Positions 1-8,959 of a stretch of DNA of 38,226 nt are shown here, piece after piece. The stretch covers positions 1 to 38,226 of the forward strand of contig JBBISH010000059.1 of assembly GCA_037441385.1 (NCBI GenBank), in the 5' to 3' direction. The position numbers and the translations under genes were made by a program. The stretch's first letter is position 1; every line of letters starts with the position of its first letter. This stretch comes from Myxococcales bacterium. GTDB lineage: Bacteria; Myxococcota_A; UBA9042. Below the pieces are notes generated by a model that was given only the letters and a program-made list of their open reading frames with translations, made no database searches and had not been told where the DNA came from.

Positions 1-282
1 GCGACGACGGCGACGCCTGCACCGAGGCCGACGCCTGCGCGGGCGGCAAATGCGTGCCCGGCACGGCCAAGAACTGCGACGACAGCAACGTTTGCACGGC
101 CGACAGCTGCAACGGCGGGGTCTGCGCGCATGCCAATACGACCGCCGGCTGCGACGACGGCGACGCCTGCACCGAGGCCGACGCCTGCGCGGGCGGCAAA
201 TGCGTGCCTGGCAAGGCCAAGAACTGCGACGACAGCAACGTTTGCACGGCCGACAGCTGCAACGGCGGGGTCTGCGCGCATG
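1..282 (+). repeat. Near-identical 150-bp coding tandem repeat (50-aa Cys-rich unit)
   Basis: Positions 1-132 match 151-282 almost perfectly (visible difference cccggcacggcc vs cctggcaaggcc). Confidence 0.9.
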
Positions 283-1535
283 ACAACGTGGCCGACGGCC
301 AAGTCTGCGGCAGTGACCCGTGCGTGGAAAGCGCCTGCCTGAAAGGTGCGTGCGCGACCTCGGCCAAGTACTGGTCCAAGAAGTTGTCGCAGGGCACAAA
401 GGGTTCTGGTTTGAACGATGTGGCCGTGGCCAGCGACGGCAGTCTTTGGCTGGTCGGGCGCGCCGGGGTCAGCGGCAACCCTGGGTGGCTCTTGGTGCTG
501 AAGGCCGATGGCAGTGTCGTGCTGAACAAGGCGCTCGCGACCGATGACGTGCTGGTCAGGGTCGCGCCAGTCGGCAGCGGCGCGGTCGTCTCGTCGGGGG
601 CAGGGACGGTGTACGGCGTGGACGCGGCCGGCAACTCGCTCTGGGAGGTCGGCGTCAACGCGGCGCCCGGCTTTGCCGTGGTGGGTGCAGGAGTTGGCGG
701 CGAGATCTATGCCGCGGGCCGCTGGCCAGCCGTCAACGCGGACTTCGCCAACATCGCCTTGACCCGGCTGTCTGCCAGCGGAAGCGTCGTGTGGAAGAAG
801 CAGTATTCGGACCTGACGCCCGCGCTGGCCAACGGGGTGCTGGTGCTCGGCAATGGCCATGCGGTGATGGCCGGCGTGGCCAATACCAGCGTGGCCATGT
901 TGATGCGCGTGGACACCACCGGTGCCATCCTGTGGCAGAAGACCTACGCGGCCGCAAGCTGCACGCTGCAAGGCCCCGCGCTGGCCAAAGACGGCGGACT
1001 CTTTGCCGCTGGGGCGTGCCCCAGTGCCAGCGGAACCGACATCGTGCTACTGCACACCGACGCGAGCGGCAACCCGTTGTGGTTCAAGGCCTATGACCTG
1101 GGCGGCAGCGAAGGCGCCTCGGACGTGATCGCAACGGCCGACGGCGGCGCCTGGTTGGCCGGACTGGCCGGCACACCGACCCAGGGCTGGTTGGTGCGGG
1201 CCTCTGCAAGTGGTGCTCAAGTAGACAATCCCCTGTACAAGGACCCGTCTGGCGGGGCGCAATGGAATGCCATCGCAGCCCTTCCCAGCGGTGGGTTGGT
1301 CGCGGTGGGCGAGGCCGTGGACAAGGGCTGGATCGCGCGCTTGGATGGCTGGGGCATGGCCACCTGCGCCGACGCGGGCGCCTGCGCGGCCCAAACGCTG
1401 GCCAGCTGCGACGACGGCAATGCCTGCACCGCGGACTGGTGCGCGGCGTCTCTGGGCTGCGCCCATCCGTCGCTGCCCGATGGCACCGCCTGCGGCGTGG
1501 GCAAGACTTGCTCTTTGGGAGTATGTGGACCGTGA
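1..1535 (+). CDS. Cys-rich repeat surface protein with C-terminal beta-propeller-like domain (5' partial)
   Basis: The frame is open from the window edge. It has repeated CDDGDACT/CDDSNVCT modules, then repeating ...G(x)VVW/LWxK strands typical of propeller blades, then a final CDDGNACT module. TGA at 1533-1535 overlaps the next GTG. Confidence 0.8.
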   Translation, partial: DDGDACTEADACAGGKCVPGTAKNCDDSNVCTADSCNGGVCAHANTTAGCDDGDACTEADACAGGKCVPGKAKNCDDSNVCTADSCNGGVCAHDNVADGQVCGSDPCVESACLKGACATSAKYWSKKLSQGTKGSGLNDVAVASDGSLWLVGRAGVSGNPGWLLVLKADGSVVLNKALATDDVLVRVAPVGSGAVVSSGAGTVYGVDAAGNSLWEVGVNAAPGFAVVGAGVGGEIYAAGRWPAVNADFANIALTRLSASGSVVWKKQYSDLTPALANGVLVLGNGHAVMAGVANTSVAMLMRVDTTGAILWQKTYAAASCTLQGPALAKDGGLFAAGACPSASGTDIVLLHTDASGNPLWFKAYDLGGSEGASDVIATADGGAWLAGLAGTPTQGWLVRASASGAQVDNPLYKDPSGGAQWNAIAALPSGGLVAVGEAVDKGWIARLDGWGMATCADAGACAAQTLASCDDGNACTADWCAASLGCAHPSLPDGTACGVGKTCSLGVCGP

Positions 1536-2641
1536 AGCCACACGCACATCCGTGGCGACGGGCTGCCACTGGCGCGGTCTTGGCGGCCCTGCTGGTCGGC
1601 ATGGCGCCCGCGGCGGGCCACGCCAAGTCGGCGCCGAGCAAGGCAGAATCCATCGCGGTGCAGGCAAGGGCGGCCTACGACGCTGCGCAGTTTGAACGAT
1701 CGCTCGACCTGTACCTGGCGGCGTACCGAGCCGATTCCAAGCAGGTGGCGTGGTTGTATGCTGCTGCACGGGCGGCGCACTTGGCCAACAAGCTGGACCG
1801 CGCCGAGGAGTTGTACCTGCAGGCGCTCCGCGACCCAGGTTTGGCGACCGACTTGGCCGAAAAAGCCAGGGAACACCTGCAGTCGATTGCCACGCGCCGC
1901 GCCGAACTCCGCGCCGAAGAGGCCGAAGCTCTGCAAAAGAGCGGACTTTATCAAGAAGCCGCAGAAGTCTGGCGCTCGGCGGCCGCCCTGCAGCCTGGGC
2001 GGGCCATCTATTTGTGCCGGGCCGCCCGAGCGGCCAAACTTGCGCGCCAGCGCGATCAGGCGATTCGCGACTATCAGACCTGTCGAGACCGCGCGCCAGT
2101 TGGTTCGACGGACCGCGCGGAAGCGGAGCGGGCGCTCGCCGAACTGGAACGGGAACGGCCCAAGGACAGTGCGCCAGCAGCCGAACGCCCCGCCAAGCCC
2201 AAGAGTGAGACCGCCGACCCGCCCGACCCAGGTCAGGCCGCGAAACCCTTGGATACGCCTGGACTTGCTGCACCTGCCACGCCAACGGCGCCCGAAGCCC
2301 CGGCTGCGGAAGCGAGCACAGGCCACTGGGCCGTCTTGGGCGGCGGGGCCGCGCTGGTCCTTGCCGGCCTGGGCACGCTGGCTTGGGCTTGGGGCGACGA
2401 GCAGGACTTGAACGGCACCCTGGCGCAGCGCACCGACGGCCGCATCCTGGGGATTTCCTACTCAGAGGCGCAGCGCCAACAGGCCAGTATCAACCTGCGC
2501 TACGGTGTGGGTTGGACCGCCGCCGGCCTGGGCGGTGTGGCGCTGGGGCTGGGAACTTGGCTGGCGCTGCAGGGACCGACTGGCAGAGTGACCTTGGTCC
2601 CCACCGGGCCCGCCAGTGTGGGCGTTGCCCTTCGGTTTTGA
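1532..2641 (+). CDS. Secreted TPR-repeat protein with Pro/Ala linker and C-terminal hydrophobic segments
   Basis: GTG at 1532 overlaps the upstream TGA (GTGA). Signal peptide (..GAVLAALLVGMAPAAGHA), TPR-like helices (ARAAYDAAQFERSLDLYLAAY; AEELYLQAL), two Gly-rich hydrophobic stretches, C-terminus SVGVALRF. Confidence 0.8.
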   Translation: MKPHAHPWRRAATGAVLAALLVGMAPAAGHAKSAPSKAESIAVQARAAYDAAQFERSLDLYLAAYRADSKQVAWLYAAARAAHLANKLDRAEELYLQALRDPGLATDLAEKAREHLQSIATRRAELRAEEAEALQKSGLYQEAAEVWRSAAALQPGRAIYLCRAARAAKLARQRDQAIRDYQTCRDRAPVGSTDRAEAERALAELERERPKDSAPAAERPAKPKSETADPPDPGQAAKPLDTPGLAAPATPTAPEAPAAEASTGHWAVLGGGAALVLAGLGTLAWAWGDEQDLNGTLAQRTDGRILGISYSEAQRQQASINLRYGVGWTAAGLGGVALGLGTWLALQGPTGRVTLVPTGPASVGVALRF

Positions 2642-2688
2642 ACCGCGCGGCGCCGTTCAAGTTGGCGCGGATCAAACGAGTTCTCTGA

Positions 2689-3207
2689 TCAGGGCGCAGC
2701 CGAACCGGCCTTGCGGAACTGTTGGAGCCGCCGCTGCAATTCCTCGCAATCCCCTGGCGCAAACTGCGGCACGATGGCCGCCGCCAATAGCTCGACGTGG
2801 TGGCCCAGCCGCTCGCGATCGGCGGCCCGGCGGCGCAGGCGCACGACGTGATTGGCCATCCGCAGCAGCCGCAGGTTTACGGCCATGTCGCTCTGGCCGT
2901 ACGGCCGCAGCTGCGCAAACGCCAGGTCCACAAGGCGCACGGTGCCAGGTGGTCGGCGCATCCACTGGCCGGATGTCCCTTGACCCAGCACCCCCCACGG
3001 CTGCGGGCGCTGCACGGCCTCGCCCAGGATGCGCCCCAGCAGCGCTGCAAGTGGCCGTTCCACATCGGGCTGCGCTTCGAGCCGGGGCAGGGCCAGGGCG
3101 TGCAGGGCGGCTTGGCGCGTCATGGTCGCCGGCCGGAACAGCAAGCCGGTGCGCAAATCGTAGACCAACTAGCGGGCGCGAAACTGCAGGTCGTGGAGTG
3201 TGCTCAT
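2689..3207 (-). pseudogene. Probable decayed DUF2254-like membrane protein gene
   Basis: ATG at 3207 gives MSTLHDLQFRAR*LVYDLRTGLLFRPA.. with an in-frame TAG at 3169-3171. The C-terminal LVDLAFAQLRPYGQSDMAVNLRLL resembles DUF2254 C-termini (from memory), but the multi-TM core is missing. Confidence 0.5.
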
Positions 3208-3382
3208 GGGCACGAGGATCGCGGAGGTCGCCGGTCTTGTCGACCACCGCCGCGTGCGGCGAACCAGCGGCCTTGGGCAAGGGCGCGGCCCGGGGGCCTG
3301 GCCACCCCGCCGCACCGCTCATCGGCCGGGCGTAACTTGTGGTCAGCCGACGCAACAAGTAGGCTCCGGAACGGAGGTGCCC

Positions 3383-4021
3383 ATGCCCGATCTGCAGCCC
3401 CAGCGCCCGGCGACTCCCGCTGCGCAGACCCAAAACATCACGCGGACTAACCCTCCCGCCGCCTCGCCGGGTGCCAGTGCCACCACGGCCGCACTGCGGG
3501 GCGCGAACAGCTACGCGGAGGGACGGCAGATTGTCAGTCCCAGCGCCGGGGCCAGTCCCGGCGACGTGGTGGCGGGCTGGGTAGTCTACCCCACCGAAGC
3601 CCGCAAGGGCGGGTCGCTGGCCTGGCGCAACAACAACCCTGGTAACATCCGCCGCGGCGCCTTTGCCGAGGCCCATGGCGCCTACCCGGGCAAGGTCAAC
3701 GCCGGATTTGCGATTTTCCCAACGCACGACCAGGGTTTTGCGGCCATTGCCGACCTGCTCAAAGAGCCGCTGTATGCCGACAAGTCGGTCACCGAGGCCG
3801 TCAAGACCTACGCCCCAGCCTCGGACAACAACAACCCGGCCGCGTATGCTCGTTTCATCGAGAAGGTCACGGGGCTCGACGGCACGACGGTGCTCAATAC
3901 CTTGACCGACGAGCAGTTGCAGGGTGTTGCTCGCGCCATCGCCACCATGGAGGGGAGCATCGAGGGCACGACCGTCAGCCGCCAGGATCCCCAGTTGCCG
4001 CCGTCGCTGCGCTTGCCTTGA
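3383..4021 (+). CDS. Lysozyme-like/phage-virion-type RNNNPGN protein (putative peptidoglycan hydrolase)
   Basis: GGAGG Shine-Dalgarno before ATG 3383. Motifs GGSLAWRNNNPGNIR, GFAIFPT..G, YAP..DNN..AY and AIATMEG. Low-complexity Pro/Ala N-terminus. Confidence 0.7.
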   Translation: MPDLQPQRPATPAAQTQNITRTNPPAASPGASATTAALRGANSYAEGRQIVSPSAGASPGDVVAGWVVYPTEARKGGSLAWRNNNPGNIRRGAFAEAHGAYPGKVNAGFAIFPTHDQGFAAIADLLKEPLYADKSVTEAVKTYAPASDNNNPAAYARFIEKVTGLDGTTVLNTLTDEQLQGVARAIATMEGSIEGTTVSRQDPQLPPSLRLP

Positions 4022-4268
4022 TTGACCCGGGTTCAGCCCGCCGACGGCTCGGTGGCGGACTGGCGAAAAACGCATGTAAAAACAGCAAGTAGAAATTGCC
4101 CCCCAAACCGTCAGGCCAGGCCGCGTTCCAGCACTGGCTGCTGGCCGCGACCGACAGCGACCGGCCGAGTGAATCCGTCCCGGCGCACGGTGTCGCCCTT
4201 CAAGGGCCGGAAGTGGCGGAGCAATTGCGGGCAGCGATCTTGGCCGGCTGAGGCGGGGGGCTGATCCG

Positions 4269-5039
4269 CTACTTTTGCACTTTGGCCGAGAAAGTGAAGG
4301 TCTGCGCTGCGGTGGAGCTGCCGGATTTCAGATACTTCAGCGTCACCTTGTGGGTGCCGACCATCGACAGCGGGCCGCTCGTCGCCCAGGTGAACTGCTG
4401 CTGCCCGGCCGCCCCGACGGCGCCCGAAGTGGGCGCGACGAAGACTTCTTTGGGGTAGCCAAAGGTCTTGTCGGTGGTGGTCACCTTCCAGCTGTAGCCC
4501 GTGGTCGCGTTCGAGGTCAGCGTGAGCACCAAGTTCTGGCCGGTCTTGACCACCGCCACGGCGCCGTTGTCGTTGTCGCCCAGCTGCACGGCCTTGGACG
4601 CGGTCGACTTGACGTCGAGCGTAAACGTGAACGTCTTGACGTCTTTGGCTTCCCACGAGCGGCGGTAGCCGAGCGTGACCGTGTGCTTGCCAACCGCCGC
4701 ACCGCCGCTGGGCAGCGTCCAGGTCAGCTTGGTGGTGCCACCGCCGCCGGTCGCCGTGCTGCCTTTGACGTACTTGACGGTCGGGGCCGGCAGAGACTTG
4801 TCGGTCGACGTCACCGCCCAGTCGTAGCCCGTGGTGGGGTTGCTGGCCAGAGCGACGAGCACGGCCTGCCCCTCTAGCACAGCGACCGTGCTGCCGTTGT
4901 CGGGTTCGGTCAGGGTGGTGCCCAGGGTCAGGTCTTCGTCGTTCTCGGCCACGTCTGACCCGGTGGACTCCGCGGTGCAGGCCAGCGCAGTGGCCAGCGT
5001 GAGGCACAAACCAACTCGACCAAAAATGGAACGCTGCAT
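4269..5039 (-). CDS. Lipoprotein with two chagasin/I42 cysteine-protease inhibitor domains
   Basis: AAGGA before ATG 5039. Lipobox-like TALAC. Two copies of the I42 motif (LASNPTTGYDW, LTSNATTGYSW), plus the G-x-G-G loop and YRRSWE. Confidence 0.85.
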   Translation of the reverse strand: MQRSIFGRVGLCLTLATALACTAESTGSDVAENDEDLTLGTTLTEPDNGSTVAVLEGQAVLVALASNPTTGYDWAVTSTDKSLPAPTVKYVKGSTATGGGGTTKLTWTLPSGGAAVGKHTVTLGYRRSWEAKDVKTFTFTLDVKSTASKAVQLGDNDNGAVAVVKTGQNLVLTLTSNATTGYSWKVTTTDKTFGYPKEVFVAPTSGAVGAAGQQQFTWATSGPLSMVGTHKVTLKYLKSGSSTAAQTFTFSAKVQK

Positions 5040-5398
5040 GGCAAAATCCTTTGGCGCGGCGCAGGTCAATGGCACCTGGCAGGTTCGGCTCGGGCGAGCC
5101 GCGGCAAAGTCTAGCACAGTTCTTCCTGAACCCCAACGCATTGTGTTGGATGGCATTCCCCTTCGCGATCCGCCGGATGGCGCCGTTCAGGCAAGAACGA
5201 GCGGGCCGCGAGTCGGCGGGCAATGCCATGAAATCCATGGGACTCTTGCCGCAACGTTCGAGCGGCGCCTGCCCAGGGCATTTTCTACCGCGCAGAATCA
5301 TGGCAAGTTTGCCGAGCCGTCCGCTCGTGCTGCCCCAAGGTGGCCGCTCGGGCGCTGGCGAGCGCCTGCGCGGTGCCAGGATCCACCGTCAAAATTCG

Positions 5399-5526
5399 CC
5401 CCGGCCGCCGATTTGGGATGCAAATCAAGGCGCAAGGAGCGGAGCGACTGAGGCGACCTAGCGGTCGCCGCAGGGACAGTAGCGACGCAGCAACGCCGTG
5501 TTGCGCCCAAAGCGGCGAATCGGGGG
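5399..5526. repeat. Intergenic imperfect palindromic (REP/MITE-like) element
   Basis: Arm GCCGATTTGGGATGCAA (5407-5423) pairs imperfectly with TTGCGCCCAAAGCGGC (5501-5516). Central perfect hairpin GGCGACC-TAGC-GGTCGCC (5452-5469). Confidence 0.55.
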
Positions 5527-5671
5527 GTGGCTCACCCCTTGCCGCGCCCAGGATTTGCCGTCACTATCGCTCAGTTGGCGCGCCGGCCCCTTGGGGCGCG
5601 TAGGATCGGAGCTTGGCTGAGTCCCGGCCAGCGCGCGACCGGGCACTTGCGGTTCCCGCACCAGGACCACC

Positions 5672-8600
5672 ATGATGAAATGCAAACAGAATCTGGCCTT
5701 GCGATCGGTTCTTTGGACGCTCTGTGGTGTGGCGGCAGTGGCCTGTGCGGTGGACCCAGAGGGGCTGGCTCCCAGCCCGTCGGCGGCGGTGACGGTCAAG
5801 CTCGACTTTTTTCACCGCCCCTTGCCCGAGATTCCGTTGCCCAACGACCTGGCAACGCGCTACGACGCGACTTCGGCGACGGGTCGGCGGATCAACGCTT
5901 CGCTGGTGGCGCCCACTAGCTTTGAACACTTGACCCGCAAGAAGGCCGACGAGCTGGACGGCTGGGGTGTGTTCACGCCGATCACCATTCCATTCACGGG
6001 CTTGATTGATCTCCCCGGCGTCATCCAGGCGCATCAGGGCGACGATTACGCCCAGGCCAACGACCTGGTCTACGTCATTGACATCACGCCGGGTTCAAAA
6101 ACGTATGGCCAGCCCGCGACTCTGGACGTGGGGAGCGGCAACTACCCCGCGACGCTGAAGGACTTGAACGGCTATTGGGACAACGACCCGCGCGGGCAGA
6201 CCCTGTCGCTCTTGTTCGAAGAAGTGGACGAAGACAAGAACGGCAACGGCGTCCTGGACGACGGCGAAGACAGCGACCTGGACGGCATCCTGGACGTGCC
6301 CAACTACTTGCCCGGCAAAGACAAAGTTCAGCCGACCCTGGCCGCGCGATCCAATGCGCTGATGACGTTCTACGAGCGCGAGACCAATACGCTGATCGCC
6401 CGGCCGCTGCAACCGCTCCGCGAGCGCACTACCTATGCGGTGGTCGTCACGCGGCGCCTGAAGGACGCCAACGGGCAGCCCGTGGGCTCGCCGTACCCGT
6501 TTGTCAACCACGCCGGCCAGACCCAGGCGCTGCAGCCGCTGCTGGAAATCCTGGCGAAAAAGCCGAAGGAGCTGGGCGGTTTGACCCTAGACGACGTGGC
6601 GTTTGCCTGGTCGTTCACAACCGGCTCGATCTATGCCGACATCACCGCTGTGCGCGACGGCCTGTACGGCCACGGCCCGCAAGCCCACCTGGCCAAACAG
6701 TTTCCCCCGGACATGAAGGTCCTGCACGCCGTCTACGACAAGTTGGAGGACGCCGGTGGCAAGAAGGTGGGGCCCAATCTGTACGTGATCAGCGGCGAGA
6801 AGATGCTCAAGCTCCTGACGCTGATGGGGATGCAGATCAAGGAGTTGGGGATGGATCCCAGCACGGACTTTGGCCAGCGCGCGATCGAGTCGCTCAAATA
6901 GGTGGACTACCACGTGTTGGGCTCGTACGAGACGCCGATGCTGCTGCCGCGTAAGGACGCCAACGGCAACTGGCTCAGCTACAACGAGATGGTTTGGCCG
7001 CCCGATCTGGACCGCCAGGCGGCGCCGGCCCAGCCCGAGCTGGTCACGTTTTGGATGGCCGTACCGCGCAAAGAGGTAAGTCCTCGCAAAGACGGCAAAC
7101 CGGCGGGACTCGCCATCATCGGCCACGGCTACACCGGCTCCAAGCTGACCACGGCCCAGTTTGCGGGCTACTTCGCCCGCCACGGCATGGCCTCGTTGTG
7201 CATCGACGACGTCAGCCACGGCGTCAGCATCGGCGACAAGGATGTCCAGATTGCCTCGAAGATCCTGGCCGGCATGGGCTTTCCGGGCGTGTTCAAGGCC
7301 ATCACCAGCAACCGCAGCTGGGATCAGGATTTGGACGGCCAAGAGGATCCGGGCGCCGATTTTTGGACCTCGTACGCCTTCCACACCCGCGATGTGGTGC
7401 GCCAATCCGCGGTGGACTACATGCAGTTGGTGCGTATTTTCAGGGCCTTTGACGGCAAACGTACCTGGGCCTTTGACAGCAACGGCGACGGCGCGGTCGA
7501 CGGCAAGGACCTGGCGGGCGACTTTGACGGCGACGGCACCGTTGATGTGGGCGGACCCGACGTGCCGATTGGCATGACCGGCTCGTCGCTGGGCGGCATG
7601 ATGTCGGCCATGGTGGGCGGTCTGGAGCCGCAAGTCAGCGCGGTGCTTCCGGTTTGTGCCGGCGGTGGTCTGTCCGACGTGGGCATGCGCTCGATCCAGG
7701 GCGGCGTGCGCGAAGCCGTCATTCTGCGCGTGATGGGGCCACTTTACATCGGCTACCCCGAGGGCGGCGCGGTGACCATCAAGGCGGTGGTGCCGCGGCT
7801 CAACAGCACCGAGCGCATGCCCGTGGCCACGATGCCGCCCATGCAGCCGGGCGACAGCGTCTTGGCCGAAAACCTGGACAACGGCGAGTACGATTGCGCG
7901 GTGGTGGGTCAGGGCGGCGCGTTCCGTGTGGCGCTGGCTTCTGACGTGAACCTGGCCAAGCCGCAGCGGCACCGCCTGACTTTCTATCCGGGCCAAGCAT
8001 TCCAGACCGGCGTGCGCGATCCAGACAAGGCCAAGGCGTGCAAGCTGAAGCCGGGCGCCAAGGCGACCCAGACTATCGACAAGTTCGGCATGGATGTCAG
8101 CTACCACTTCCAGTCCGGGCCGCTCAACTTCAAGAAGGGCGACCCGCTGGCGCCGATTGCCGAGGGGCTGGGCATGCACCGCGCCCGTCCGGAATTGCGC
8201 CGGTTCTTGGGGTTTGCCCAGCTGATTTTGGACCCAGGCGATCCATCGGTCATCCTGCCGCGCGGCCTGAGCGGCGAGCAGAAGTACGCGACCGGCGAAG
8301 TGGTCAACAGCCATGCCATCGTCATCTCGACGATCGGCGACATGAACGTGCCGGCGTCGACGGGCGTGAGCATCGGCCGCGCCGCGGGGCTGCTGGATTG
8401 GAGCACGCGCCGGCCCGAGTGGGGCAATCGCACCGCCAATCAAGTGCTCATCGATCACAAGGTTTTGGAGGCGGTCGACGTCATCAAACATTTTGTGACG
8501 CCTGCGGGCGACGGCGTGCTGTTCGACCCCGAGGACCTTTCGGGTTCGGCGGAGCTGGCTGATCCGGCGACTACCGTCTATCCGCTGGGTTACGATGGCT

Positions 8601-8956
8601 ACTGGGCGCCGCGCCTGACCGTGCCCACGCACAAGTACTTGATTGGCGACGACAAGCGCGGTGGCATCTCGGGCTCGCTCTTTCCGTACGTGCGGCCCAC
8701 CGGCAAGCACGACCTGGACTTCCCCGGCGAGCAGACCGACCGCATCAAGAAAATGTGCAAGGATCTTGGCGACAAGGCCCAGGCCGAGCCGCTGTGCCAG
8801 CGCGCCCAGACGGGCGACATCTTTGACCACGGCGCGCTGGTGCTAGAGGGCATGGTCAAGTTCCTGGCCAGCGGCGGCAAGGTGTGGACGCTGGACAAGT
8901 GCCAAAATACTTGGACTTGCCCAGAAGTGCCGCCGGTGCCGGCGCCGCGGGAGTAG
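5672..8956 (+). CDS. Large lipoprotein with C-terminal alpha/beta-hydrolase, interrupted by a single in-frame TAG at 6899-6901 (pseudogene, sequence error or readthrough)
   Basis: Lipobox AAVAC. ORFs 5672-6901 and 6902-8956 are in the same frame and separated only by TAG. Nucleophile-elbow GSSLGG, HG motif (IIGHGYTG) and several DxDxDG Ca-binding-like motifs. Confidence 0.75.
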
Positions 8957-8959
8957 CCG

